From NCBI GenBank assembly GCA_040954595.2, contig CM082577.2, positions 3,119,703-3,183,702 on the forward strand: a stretch of DNA of 64,000 nucleotides, given 5' to 3'. A model generated the notes under the pieces. That model was not told the origin of the DNA. It worked only from the letters and a program-made list of their open reading frames with translations, and did not search any database. Positions within the stretch are counted from its first letter, which is position 1. Each line of letters begins with the position of its first letter. The DNA is from Balanoglossus misakiensis (lineage: Eukaryota; Animalia; Hemichordata). The translations under genes were made by a program, and so were the position numbers. Shown here piece after piece: positions 25,471-64,000 of this stretch.

Positions 25471-28400
25471 CTCGCTGCTAGTGTCGCTACGTTTCGAGTA
25501 TCATACCGATACCGCTACAGTCGGGAATAATCAGTCGCAAAGTCTCTCACACAGAACAGCACCTTTCCAATAGGTGTGCCACGCTGAATCCACCCGCAGT
25601 GAAAGTAATAACGCTGTCGATAAATAAAAAAGTCTCTATCTGTTTCTCAACCCGCCTATCCTCGTAGACGCCTCGGACTGAGTGGCGATGGGCCGTGGAC
25701 CCAGCAACCTACACATTCATATTATAATCCGGCAGACATTGGAGCCCCTTGTTCCCACAATTCACTACGTCATATAATTCACAGCACTGTGTATTCTAAG
25801 GTCACCGCACTCACAATCGCACTCCGGCAATTTGCATAGCTCCTTGCTTAACCTATACCACAAATAAAAAAAACACCTCTCCGGAGAGAACCAGCAAAAA
25901 AAATGTCGTCAGCGAAAGTGGGTAATTGTCTAGACACACGTTTGCTGTTCACCATCGCGGTATAAACACAGTGCCCATGCGCCGAGGGCAATTATGTCAG
26001 TGATGACAATACCATCAAAATAATGATTTCGCATTGAAATAGCAACGCGAAGGACCATGACCTCGAAATTGATATCTTATCAATTGTTCTATTTGACAAA
26101 AAGGGGGATTCGATTATCACATTCATAACATCGCATACCTTAGCAATTAAAACGAAAGGGCTTTTTAATGGGATTCTGCAGTGCTCCCATAAACTGCTCG
26201 AACAAATACAGTGTGTAGCAATGGTATTTGCTTTCCTGAGAGGAAAGTCGCGGCTAATAATAACGGGCGTATTCAAGGTCGATTCGTTTTTTGGCGCGGA
26301 CGGAATAAAAGGGAAGAGAAAACAATGAAGCTGTGAAGAGTGAGAGGGGAGAGCGGGGGGGGGGGAGGGGCGGGCGGACAGACAGACAGATAGAGACAGA
26401 TTTTGCGCCACTGTGCATGATAAAACCAAACTGAACCCACCACTGAATATTATGCTGGGGAATATGCCATTTATGTGAATGGCCGTACGAGAAGGCACAC
26501 CAAATTTCGCTACTATCCACGCTTTCTAAATTGAATTGGAACATTATAATCTCATCAGGGTAAGGTCGGCTGCATGAGAGAAACCAACTTTGAAAATAAA
26601 AAAAAGGAATTCTTTGTGGAGATTTCTCATTCACCTGGGTTCTCATTCAACTTGAAAGGGCCGTTGTTTTCAGTTGACCCTTCGAGAGGGTTGGTCAGTT
26701 CACGACTGAGTTCTAATATAGTCATTGTGCAGGGACTGACAAAGCATTCTGGAGATTTGTACTCTGTTTAATATTGGCCTTCGCCCCGTGCACGATCTCA
26801 GTATTATATAAGGATTCTCAACATTTCAAGTTTATTCTCTGGAATGTCTTTGACGCGCTGTCATTTTCTTACACGAACTATTGCAATCTCATTACACCGA
26901 CCTTGAGGTGAATGGTACTGGCAGATCAGAAAACAGAGACACAGAAGGGCTGAGGGGGGGGGGAGAGAGAGAGAGATAGAGAGGGACAGACAGATAGACA
27001 AACATTTGAAAGAAGCGACACGAGAGTAAAATATGAATCACAGCACCGTCATCGAGATTGCAACAATCTGAGTACATTGGCTATCTTGTCAATAAATAAA
27101 CATGTGTACGATTACTTGAAAGAATCTACGCGTGCGCAAGTGCTAAACATTCCACAGGTGGTCGCTTGTCAACCACAAATCGGTTTCATCATCAATAATT
27201 CGCGGACGCCTGTTCGGATGAAATGGGGGCGTGGGTATCGATTCGACGACATCTGAACTTGAGGCCAAAAACCTTGTCTAGGCTGGATTATCAAGTTATA
27301 GTTTGCAACATGTCAAGCTGGGAAATGACTCAACATTACACAAAATTCGATCGAGAGCAGGTGTTGCACTTCCTACCCAAGCCTTTGAAATCTGGTCATT
27401 TTCGGATCGTGAATAATTTAGGTCATCTGACTGCATTATACCGGAATGGGAAAGACCAATAAAACCCCAAAAGGGAAATTGCGTTTGTTCCCAGACTGCG
27501 TTCATCTGAATGCTTCACTTATGAATATTTCAAGATCTCTAAGAATATCTTGCTTTGAATAGAAAAAAAAGCGCTAGCAACAAGCTGCCTGTACAAAATA
27601 TTAGCTTTTATGTCGGATGAATCAGTTACGTTTCGTTGGAGCATATCCGAAGGCGATCTTGACTATAAAACGTCCCTATTGAAGGAAAATATGTAATGGA
27701 AGGCACAGTGCCATAGGGTTAAGATATAATACTACGCTAAGTCTGGATTTTTTGGTATCGCACGCATGGTCAGGATCAACCTGTCGCCTCTCCGCCTCCT
27801 CATGTTGTTCTTATGATTAATGGATTACTACTATAAGCCATATAAACGAGCTCGACTACGTTTGGCCTACTGGTATGGTCACTAGTCTACTCTGCTAATT
27901 ATAAGCATCAACACTGCTCCGGAATTTCTGCTGAAAATTCACTGGGATCTCCTTTTCACGTTTCCGTCGACTGTGGCGATATTAGTATGTCAACACTCAA
28001 ACTTGACGGCCTCAATATCCGCTTCAACTGCGCATCACCCGTCGGCCGAATGGGATGGCACAACCATTCTTAAAACACACAAGGTGTGATTACAGCAATA
28101 TTTCACATAGCTTTTCAGCATCCATTGATCTGCTCACACAATGACCAGCAAAAAGGTACATGGACAATGGCAGCCATTATTTACACCCGTAATAAGTAAC
28201 ACATGTCTCCACTAACAATTCATGGAGTTCACATCAAACGTCGCAAACGTATGTGTGGTATACAGAGTCACTACGACAGTGACACAAAAGATGCATGATA
28301 TATGACTCTTAATAAATCTACATGGTAGCTCCTTACCCCCCCCCCAAAAAAAAATCATGGCCTGTGTTCTTATTCAGCTCATGCACACACTGTTATATGT

Positions 28401-31400
28401 ACCCGTTTATCAACAGCAGGTCATTATTTTGGAATTCGTAATGACAGCTGGCTTGCATGGAAGCAACACCAGAAACCTATAATGGTTTTATACAAGATTT
28501 TGAACGAGATAGAGAGAGCGACACAGCCACAAACGCAGAGACAGAGAAAGAGACACACAGACAAAGACAGGCAGACTTAAATAGGCTTGTGCTACCTAGG
28601 TTAGTGATAAAAAATCTCCTGCGGTTGATTTCAAAATCATATGGCGGATTTCTGCCGTGTTTCTTGCTAATGTAATACCCGGGGCGACGTCTAACGTCTA
28701 GACGAAAGGGTAAGGCGTGTTGGGTATGACCGACGGCCACCAAAGTTGCCACTTGGAATGCCGGGAATTTAAAGGTGAACGCAGTCCATCTTCGCTCGGC
28801 AAACAGGGGGAAAGCACCGGCCCTCACAAATCTTGGCCGGTCTATTGCTGTGCTCAAGAAGCATGTCGAACTGTTGTTGGTCAGGTCTCATCCCGCACTA
28901 CATGCTACATCACTCAGGTGCAACTAGTGGGACGGCCTGTTCTTGTAGGCCGCATCCTTCGTTCGCGCACCTGCTGATTACCTGTCCGAAGATGGGTTGG
29001 CAAAGGATCGATCAGGTTGACCGACTCTGAGAGATCCCTTCACCTCAGCACACCTTGCTTAGATAGACACGTTTGAAGATTGGTCTCACGAAGCCACCTT
29101 AGCCACAAATCAGAATCAACTCGGCGAAACCATCACAGGTCACCCGCCCGCCCACAGGCAATAGGCGCCCGCCCACTTGTAAAACGGGTCAAAAAGTAAT
29201 CAAGTAATTGACGCGTTATACCCTCATGTAAAGCACTACGGCACGCTGTCCTGTGGAGAAGACAGGAATGCATAATTATTACATCAGCAGATGCCAACTG
29301 TATTCATGTAAAGAAAGCGTGTGTCTGATTGGACAGTTTCTTCACATTTTCATATATTTATCGAAGAGGTGCGCTAGATTCACGAAATGTGTAGAGTCTA
29401 AAAACGAGATTATATATTCCAAGTCGTCAGTAAAGGGCCAACAGTGTGTAGTGTAGTGTAGCGTATAGTTAATTGCATGGACGCAATCCTTCTCTATAAA
29501 TGTGAATGAAATACCGGTACATTTGACACGTTGCAGGCACAAACTGATTGAATTTAACAGTGTGTGATATGATGGAGTCTGAGACAGATTCACTCCTGCA
29601 TGTCTTGGCATGGGACAATTTATCCTTACGCCACCATTATCGGCTCGGCATTAAAACACTTCCGAGCTACATGCCTGCAAGGTATATGTGCACAGACTTG
29701 TATAGACCACTAAACCAGAAACTATAGTTCGCAAATAACCGGTGTAATACGAGACGCCCTTTTTGCTCAACTTCGCCCGTCCCACGATCGAGATCTCGCC
29801 ATTCAAAACTGATTAACAATGAATCCATTGAAACCTCGGCTCAAAGAAAGGAAGGACGGAACTTTCGACGGTTATAGCATAGTTCTATTCCCATTGGACC
29901 GCAGCAGTTCGGTGTGTGTGTGTGTGTGGGGGGGGGGGGATATGGGGTCAACATGACAAACGGTATTCATCCACCGTCGGTGAAGTGTAGGCTTCAATCT
30001 CATGCCCGCCGCTGAATACCAAAATTCGATTTGCATAAATACAGCCTTTACGTGTAGAATGGTGGTACGAATTGCTGGAGGAGATTAGTATGAGAATGGC
30101 GCGTTGTTTTCTCAGGTATAGAATCACCGGTGGAATTTCGGTGTGAAGTGGCCGAATTTCTATTCACGTATAGGTTAATTAAATGTCAGAAATCAAATTC
30201 CCCGTAACCGACGCCGTTCTCGGCTACAGTCGGATAAACATAGTGCTATTGGCGCTCCATGCTCTCCCTTTCAAGCAATTTAACCATGGGAACGCTTCAT
30301 AGATGTCAGTGATGTAACCAGTATATGGGGGCCACGTTTAGCATCGTGGTGCAACCCTTTGCATCAGGTAGAGTAGTCCAGTTGGGCTGAGGAATTTTTT
30401 TCAAAGCCCCCGATTAAGAGTTAAGCAACACGTCGTCAGTTTCCCTCATGCCCGATTACACCCTTTCACACGAAAAACGTCCCTAAAAGGTGTTGCAGTT
30501 GATCTTTTAGCCTTCTTCCATAAAGCGCTATTAAAGGCGTCAGAGGTGCTTAAAAGTTAGTCATTTGTAGCCTCTAAAACGATTACGAGCGAGTCATTCT
30601 AACCGTGCTTGTTGATACCTTGTTTGCCTTTCATTCGCTTTTAAAGTTAATCGGACCTATTCATGTCCACTCGATGATAAGTGCCCGAATTTGAGGTCTT
30701 CGCCCTTTTGGCCGAGCAGAAAAACGAATGCCGCCATTTTGGCTAATTTTTATGTCACGTGCTGCATTTTGCTTTGGTGTAAGGGCACTGCAATTTCGGT
30801 CTCTTACATGCGATGTCATTCTTATAGAACACTCATGTAGGTAAAGGTGCGTTGATCCTCAACAATGGGGGGGGGCGTAGGCTACACTGTACGTGAAGTC
30901 TTAGAGCAGTTGTAAAACATGTAGCTGTAGCTTGTTCAGACTCTGGTCAAATGTAGAGTTAAGTCAGCACTTCGCTGCTAAGAATGGAATGCAGGGTAAG
31001 TATAGAAAACCTGAGACTATTCAAAAAGACATTCTAGTCAGAAGTACATGTAAAAGGGCATATGTAAATGGTGCGAAAAGTAAACAGTTGTTGAAATATA
31101 GTCGACGGGAACTTGTTAAAATCCATTCAAGTGTCGAGCGTATATTTTGACTGCAGAATGTTGAGTGTCACACACACCACTTACTGTAGGGTGAAAATGA
31201 AAGTAATGCTTCGTTGTTTTTCACCATTAAAACTATCATACCGAAACCAAAACAAGGACAATAAACCGACATATCAATAAAGAAATCATTGGTCACATCT
31301 CAACATACAGCAACAGGTTGCGCACGCATTCGCCGGAAGCAGTCGAATACAGAGATCTGATGCGCATGCGAACTGAAGAATCTGGTAATTATTTACTGAA

Positions 31401-34400
31401 TCAAACTGGTTAATCTGGAAAGAATCTCAGCCTTTCGTGGGATCATATTATGCCATTACACTAAGGGTCTTAATAATTTAAAACTGCGGCGCTTAACGTC
31501 AATGTCGAAATGTCTCAGTTGAAGCATCCATCTTTTTTTGTGCAAGCTCTTAGCATATCAAATTTATGGCTGTCACGTCGTCTGCGCACTGACTGCCAAC
31601 CGTGACTAAATATAGTCAGCCAGCATGATATTTTACTTTGACTTTACTTCGACTTGAATCATGAATCACTATTAATGGGGACGCTGCACTTTGCAAGGCG
31701 CTTTCGGGAAATCTATATTTTAGGTACTATTATTAATAATGATAACTCGCGGAAAACTATAATAATAACACACATCGCCAGCATCCTATTGAAAATAAAT
31801 ATAGCCGATGTGATGAAAATCGCCATCTCTACTTCTTTATATCAGGCGTAAATATGTCTCACTGAAAAGCAACCGTAAGGCACACGCTTTGGTGCCATTC
31901 CAGTCGCCCCACCCCACACTTTGATGACCTTTGAACCATACAGAGAGATGCATCGCTATATGCAAATTCATATGGCCTGTCAAAAATGCGTGTGTGATGT
32001 GTTAATAAGTCGCTTCGAATTTCCAATAGAATCTGCATATTTACCAATGTCGCCAGCATACAAAAGGGCGAAAGGTCATGCATGTTTTCTTTAAGTTGAA
32101 TCTCTGTGTTAACATTTGAAATCATTAAATGGAATTCTTCTATGAAGGACGAGAGGATCAATAGACTTGGGATACCTTACTCCTTCACTCTGTGTGGACA
32201 ATTTAATATATCTCTTACTTTATCACATGCTTTCAAATTGCTATTCATTGACTGCGAAATAGTATACATTTTGCCATTACATGTATCCCTAATGAGTTTA
32301 GGTTAAACTTAACAAAAGAAGGGGGACGACCTTGTCGTGACTTTGCGAATAGTCGATATAATAATCGTCAGACAGGTGCGAAACTATTCTGGATCTAACG
32401 GCGGTTTGTAGACTTGTGAAACCGCTGTAAAGAATGAATCGAAGCTATTTTCGAACGTGCACGTATTACATGGCAGTACATATCGATCATTGACCCTACA
32501 CCACTTCACGAAGGGGAGAATTGCCAAGCCTAGGTGTTGGAGCAACCGTCGGGGTCGCCATTCTTTGTCGATTTTGTTTGGAGCGTTATTGTCCCGCACA
32601 AGACACGGGTCAAAACGTTAGTGATGGTTTACACAATGGACGAAAGTACAGCCTTTTTACTCGAGGGAAATCTATTCTCAGCACGCATACAATCTCTTTA
32701 GAGAAAGAGGGTAAAACAGTTGTATAGTCCGTCTGTTCTAAATTTAAAGAGCTTGGGACGTTTATATTTTTTTTCTCACATATGCGTTTTATATCAAGAA
32801 GATACGCCACATTCAGAACCATAGCTTCAGGTGTTAATACCAAAAGTTTGGGAATGAAATTCATTTTTGATACCGTGTGCGTCTTACATATTAATGAAGA
32901 TGCACCCATTAAAATTGATTTAGCCTCCTCTCTGTCCTGAATGTGCGATGACGACACACTCTTCTTGTTTGTTTGCCGCCAACCGCAGACAAATGCAAGT
33001 CTATAACAGTTGAAAGACGCCCCAGATCTGTACAAAGGCATAATTCATCATTATTCTAACTGTCACGCAATTTAGTGCCATCGGAACAATGATGAATGGC
33101 AAAAACTCGTGCATAGACCGCGGTTAAATTAGAATATTTACCCAAGCAAACGGTTCTTAATTTTTATCTCGTACTTCTTGAACAGCTTGTAGGCATGGAG
33201 TGATAAATAGAATTCCTCAGGTGTTTAACGGGTGTGGTCTAACGATATCGAGCGGGAGGGGGGGTAATGGAGGGAGGAGGGGCGGAGGGAGACATACGGA
33301 GACAAGTAAAAGTTCCTCGTTTAAGGATATTATGTGCTATGGCACCTGAAAGTTTCAAGATAAACCATTTGAGTCGTGAAAATAAGTTCAGAATGAATAA
33401 TACTTTGGCATCAAAAGCCTATTCAATAAGCATGTTTTGGCTGCATTTCAATATGGCGTTATGTCAACGTCGTCATTGAGTATGACGCGGATTGCAACAA
33501 GCAACCGTAAATTTTGAAAGCCTCGCCTCGCCCGGCAGTCACAAGTAATTATACCTACACGAACCTTGATGACCTGTGCAGTTTTTCAATGAATAATTAT
33601 TTAGTGCCCCTAAGGTTTGCAGTTTTTCAAAGTATAAACCAAGCTATGACCTCGAGAGGGCGATGTTCACCAGCAGGCACAAGTTACTAGTATCACAGCA
33701 TCAGTTTTTCACGCCATACTTTCTTTCTTTGAGTAGTCTTCAAAAAGGGCCACTTCCAATGTCGGTACACATAACAGCATGTTCAACCGTGGTGTCATCC
33801 CCCGTGGCCGTATTGCCAACACCGGGCTGAATCTTCGGGGAAAATGTTTTCTGACCAAAATCTAAGCAACCGACCTTTGAAAATACGAAAAATTTGGAAC
33901 CACAACAATAACTTACCCTACAAAAATGGGTGCCATTTTACGATGAATGTCGCTTCTGATTTGAAGTAAATTGCCAATGTCGACCAGTAGCTTTTCACAC
34001 CAATATACACACGTCTTTCCAACAGGCGGCAAAAAATGAAGAACGCACGGTGTCTACGAACACCCACCGACCTGGACGACGGACCACGAGCGCGGTTGAA
34101 TGCGTACTTTTCCAAGCCAAGTTGGAATCACCAGCAAACACGTCACCAGTTCCAGAATGCTGTTACAAGAAGACAGATGTTGTTCCTACAACTTCACCAA
34201 TCAGCACTAAGACTGACAGCTGACTAGGCCTAGTCTCATTGGATGTTGGCCCAGGTGTCCGGGTGGCCAGAAATAATACATGTACACAAGTACGTGCATT
34301 GATGACTGAACCTGGTGTTTTCTGGGGGATTTTTTTCCAAGTAGCCTATAAACTTCACTCCAACATGGCTGCCCTGCCACACAACGAAAGTGTACAAAAT

Positions 34401-34449
34401 ACAGTACGACAAAGTAAAGCCTTGTTTTTACAAAGTTAATGTTTTACAT

Positions 34450-34455
34450 TTTATT
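34450..34455 (-). terminator. Putative polyadenylation signal of gene A (AATAAA)
   Basis: AATAAA on the minus strand about 715 nt past the stop codon, followed by T/GT-rich sequence (CTTTGTCGTACTGTATTTTGT). Confidence 0.55.
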
Positions 34456-35168
34456 CGTTAAAAATCAAATTAAATAAGCATACTGATTGTTCGTCAGGAA
34501 AGCCAGACATTCATGTACTATGAAATATGAACTCGTGCAAATTAAAATAATTCAAAAGTCGAAACAACATCAATATGTATCGCTTTTAAACACAATTTCT
34601 GACTGATCATTCCGCTCACGCACGAAGCAATATTTTTAGCGCTTAATAACATAACGAGAAAAAAGTTTTGGTTAAAAAGCTGACACGAGAATTATTTTGT
34701 ACACAAACACAAAAACACGGTTCTTTCACCCTAAAAGCTGCAAATAACAGAACGGTTGATTTTTTCCACAACCCGACGTATAACATGTACGAAGGCAAAC
34801 TTGCGGCAGCAAAGATTCATTAATATTATGACTTTGGTTTGTGGTTTAGAGTACTGTTCCAGTATTGAAAACCCTCCAGTGCGATTGAGGGCGCTTTTCA
34901 AAAGCTACCTGTAAAAGTCCCATAAAGATAAAAACGTCCTGCAGAATGTCGCTATCCTTTATAAAAATTATTAAGAACACCCTTAAATATTTCTGTGAGA
35001 CGAAAGAGGTATATAGTAGAAGGCATTAATTTTTTTGAAATGTACAAATATATGAAATATTTTATGTCACATTTGCATAGTTAGAAATCTACATGATAGG
35101 GAAAAGAACATTTACAAAACTATTTGTCAAAGACACCCAGTACCACCAAGGCCGCCGATACTTTAAGT

Positions 35169-60600
<25,432 letters not shown>

Positions 60601-60738
60601 GGCTACAAATTTCCACGGTAGCAACCTCAAGACCATATTTACGTCTGCTGCATAGTTCCGTCAGCAAGAACACAAACACGAGAACACACCCTCGGTGATA
60701 TTTAACACGATTGCTTCCACTGCAAAGGTATCCGCAGG

Positions 60739-60746
60739 TATATATG
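60739..60746 (-). promoter_or_regulatory. Possible TATA-like element of the internal promoter of gene A
   Basis: CATATATA on the minus strand about 140 nt upstream of the ATG at 60600, in CpG-rich sequence; the motif alone is weak evidence. Confidence 0.25.
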
Positions 60747-62553
60747 AAACACTATATCCGGCTTATGCGTGTAGTGAAAGTGGTCAGCTGATGAGACGGA
60801 GTAGTGTTTCAGAGAACATCCATGGTCAGCAGGGCCAACGAGGTTTCGCTTTCCGATGAAACCATCACAAAAATCCGGTGTTTATTTCGCGTTGGATCCG
60901 GTAGTGAAAGTGTGCTGCAGTACTCGTCGCTGTACGTAGCGCTACAAAAGGTCGCGTGTTCAACAAGCGCTGACCGTTCTCGACTGCTGTACTACTGAAC
61001 CCAGGGCGTTGTCGTAACACTGATCCAGAGGTGAGCGAGGGATTGTGGGAAACGCATCCAGCTGACGCTGGGGTTCATGGCAACGGATTCGCGTTTCCAA
61101 GGGAAATCGGGCAATATCGATTAATATGCCACGGTGACTGTACAGTGCCTAGGGCGGACGTCGTGACATGAAACTCAATGTATGGCAGATTTGCACAACA
61201 TATATATGTCTATGCGTGACTTACTAACATGGATAATTTGTGTTTGCGCCTACACCGATATCCTGTGCGGATATTTTTGTGACTGAGAATCGCGTGTACA
61301 GCGAGACCCCGCGGGACTTTCACTGTATAATTCACCGAATGTGACAGGCAGTGTCATCTGTTGAAGTATTCATATCGTGTATTAATTACAAAATCTGGAG
61401 GCAAATATTTAAATATTGCACATATTTTGTCCACGGCCTAATTTCAATGACGTCGACTTTTCTTTTTTATTCACACTGCAGAGCGAGTCTTTGTTTGAGG
61501 TCCAAACTGTCGTTTACATGAGCCTTCGCGTGTTGAGAATGAAAATATACTTCCCCTCGCGAAACCGTCTTCTTTCGTTTTTTTTGGCTGCAATAAAACG
61601 TTCGGGAAATTGTCCTAATCCCGCCCTATACACACAGCAATGTTCGAAAACTATCTCCAGTTTTCACATTTTCTTCGTGAGTTTGGACTACACCTTTGAT
61701 AATATTGGCCGAGGTGTGATTTTGTCACCCAAAAATTACAGCTAATATGCCGAGGCAATGCACATAATTGATATCCGATTCTTAGAGTCTGCCACGCATT
61801 TACATTACATACGACGGTATGTACATATTGGTGCTAATACATGTACCATATTGGAAAATTACACACTGGTCATGTTTGGACAAGCAACTCGTGTCTGTTT
61901 CAATTACGTTTGAAGATAAACGTGTCGATTTTGAATGGCTCGCCAAAAGCCTTGAATGTTGCCAGTGAAGCACGGGTCGTCTCCAAATATTTTCACAGTT
62001 TATACATCGGCGAGTGTGGGCTCGGTGAGATCGTTTTGTCTCACCATGCGCGCCGATTGTCACTGGTCCGTTTTGACGTAATCGGCTTTAATATTTACGC
62101 AACATGCCCTGCAATGGCAACTGGTTGAATTTTACCCCCCCCCCCCCCTTTACCAGACCATTGGTGACAAATTACGTTAACGCTTTCTGCAGCTGCGTGA
62201 TTTCGATGATTATGCAGTCGCGGGTTGCAGAGAACAGCAAAATCACTGATCCCATAGACTGGTAATACATGTACATACATAGCCTGGTTATAATAATATG
62301 GGAATGCAACACCAGCGTCGGCCGTATTATTTGACAGTTGACAGCGCCCTCACACAAACACACAAAAACCAAGATCTTAACAGACGACGTTAAATTGTCG
62401 TCATACAATGACACCACACACATTTAAGCTAGTTGTAAAATTCACCGGCACGACCCTCAATTACTCATTAGCGTCATGTATGATTAGCACTTTACATTAA
62501 GGCCTATACCATAGACAATATTATTTTTGTCGAATGAAACAGTGCATACTCAC

Positions 62554-63592
62554 AGTCTATCGGTGCTTCAGTCGTGAGATCAACCCCAGGCAACGTGGTA
62601 TGCGACGGTGCGGCGGTGGAAATATGCAGGGCAGGCGGAGAGCTGCCGGTTGTCGGAGGACCCGTCGTCGGACGCGCCGTCGTGACGGTCTCAAACTGAC
62701 ACTGGGCACCTTCGTAACCCGCGGCACATTCGCAGATGAAGTCCGTGGCGTCGCTGTAGCAGGTTCCGCCGTTTTGACATGGACCGGAACTGCACGGCGA
62801 TACCTCTGTTTCCAAATGACGAAAAAAGGGAACATTGGTGAGATATTGCATAAAACGATAACCGTCTCCGATAGTGGTGTATTAATAATAGTACATTAAC
62901 TTCACAGAAAGAATGTGTTAATTTGCAACACCCTCATCTCTTCGTTAGCATGTCATGGTCTGCCTTTGTTGAAAGTGACACTCAGATGTCGTTGCACATG
63001 ACAATGTCACAGAACATGAACACATACCAACACCACAGAACATAAACACAGTCCAATGTCACAGAACATAACACATACCAACACCACAGAACATGCCAAT
63101 GTCACAGAACATAAACACATGGTAAAGGCACATGAAACATACCAATGTCACAAAGTGTGCCTGTGAATCCAACTATGCAGATACACGTGTAAGAATTGAA
63201 ACCATCCGCACACGTGGCTCCATTCTGACACGAGTGATTTTCGCAGTCATCAACATCTGCATAATGAAAATGGTGATGGAAAAATAAAGATCTTTTAAAA
63301 CCCGGAGAATTGTTCAAAACACTGGGGGCTTCATGTCTCATTCACGGATATGTCGCTCCACCAAACCCTTTGCACTTTTGAATGTTTGAGTAGTAATTAG
63401 TCTGACTTAGAAGATCGTAATTGACATGTTGGCTTAGTACATTGACCAATTTATTACCAATTCCCATATAAGACTCACCTGTTTCACAGTAAGTACCGGC
63501 GAAACCCTCAACACAGGTACACGTGTACGAGTTAAGACCGTCGACGCACGTGCCGCCATTTTGGCATGCGTGGTTCACGCAATCGTCAACAT
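62554..63592 (-). CDS. Upstream EGF exons (5'-partial): two calcium-binding-type EGF exons and one EGF + Thr/Pro/Ser-rich exon; probably a long isoform of gene A
   Basis: Exons 63479-63592 ([38 protein letters not shown]), 63143-63256 ([38 protein letters not shown]) and 62554-62805 ([16 protein letters not shown]...[23 protein letters not shown]...TTEAPID, phase-1 GTGAGT donor). Confidence 0.88.
63002..63120. repeat. Imperfect tandem minisatellite (~40-50-nt units, CAATGTCACAGAACAT core)
   Basis: Three copies of CAATGTCACAGAACAT and two of ACATACCAACACCACAGAACAT. Confidence 0.85.
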
Positions 63593-63884
63593 CTGTACGT
63601 GGGGGGAAAGTAAACTGTATTAGCTTTTATCACACATCACTGTTACATACCTCCTTGATTATCAAATTAGCAATCAGATTATTTTTTGCTTTGCTCTCCG
63701 TCGGCGAAATCCCAGCATTTTTTAGTACCACATTGATATGAAGTAAAAATACTGTATTGGTGTTAATAGCGTTAGTGAATGAATGAAGTTGCTGCCAAGA
63801 ACGAATACCACTCGACCTCGAATGCTCAAGGTACAATACAGTCATCTTTCACCTTGTAACCGAATCTATTATACCATAACCTGA

Positions 63885-63983
63885 CATAACATAACATAAC
63901 ATAACATAACATAACATAACATAACATAACATAACATAACATAACATAACATAACATAACTTAACATAACATAACATAACATA
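63885..63983. repeat. Microsatellite (CATAA)n
   Basis: Near-perfect pentanucleotide run. Confidence 0.95.
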
Positions 63984-64000
63984 CAGCGAGTCAACTGACA

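Noticed and set aside
25677-25728. TATA (TATAATA) plus Inr (TCAGT) as the gene B core promoter
   Set aside because: The spacing is about 47 nt rather than about 30, so the pairing is unconvincing.
28680-29180. GC-richer intergenic block with overlapping short ORFs
   Set aside because: No recognisable protein motif, splice pattern or terminal repeats; may be an old repeat fragment or enhancer but cannot be supported.
61514-61587. Candidate terminal exon for the 62.5-63.6 kb exons (SKKNERRRFREGKYIFILNTRRLM*)
   Set aside because: It has only a modest acceptor and no recognisable motif. Splicing to 56594 gives a better EGF junction. Kept only as the alternative hypothesis.

Overview
This is animal genomic DNA, probably an invertebrate deuterostome (hemichordate, echinoderm or amphioxus-like; inferred from fibropellin-type EGF/CUB architecture and repeat style). 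All recognisable coding sequence is on the minus strand, as about 86 small phase-1 exons, nearly all encoding one EGF or CUB module. Most entries in the ORF track are exon fragments or antisense shadows. Gene A (35169-60600, 53 coding exons, about 2210 aa if all exons are included and one 1-bp gap is repaired) is a type I membrane protein: signal peptide-EGF-CUB-truncated EGF-38 EGF-CUB-10 EGF-TM-short tail. Three more exons at 62554-63592 (EGF, EGF, EGF plus Thr/Pro-rich spacer) appear to splice into gene A exon 2, which would make the 60543-60600 signal exon an alternative first exon. Gene B (signal exon 25395-25470, running off the left edge, 30 exons in the window) is signal peptide-EGF-CUB followed by a long array of unusual 8-cysteine EGF repeats. 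Its first repeat has only 7 Cys, suggesting inter-domain disulfide stapling. Gene A also holds six paralogous 114-nt EGF exons (48285-51839) with uniformly weak donors, long introns and strand-biased ACTAAY/TGCATG motifs, a candidate mutually exclusive or variable-inclusion splicing cassette. Exon coordinates were derived by hand from GT/AG boundaries and frame; no transcript evidence was available.
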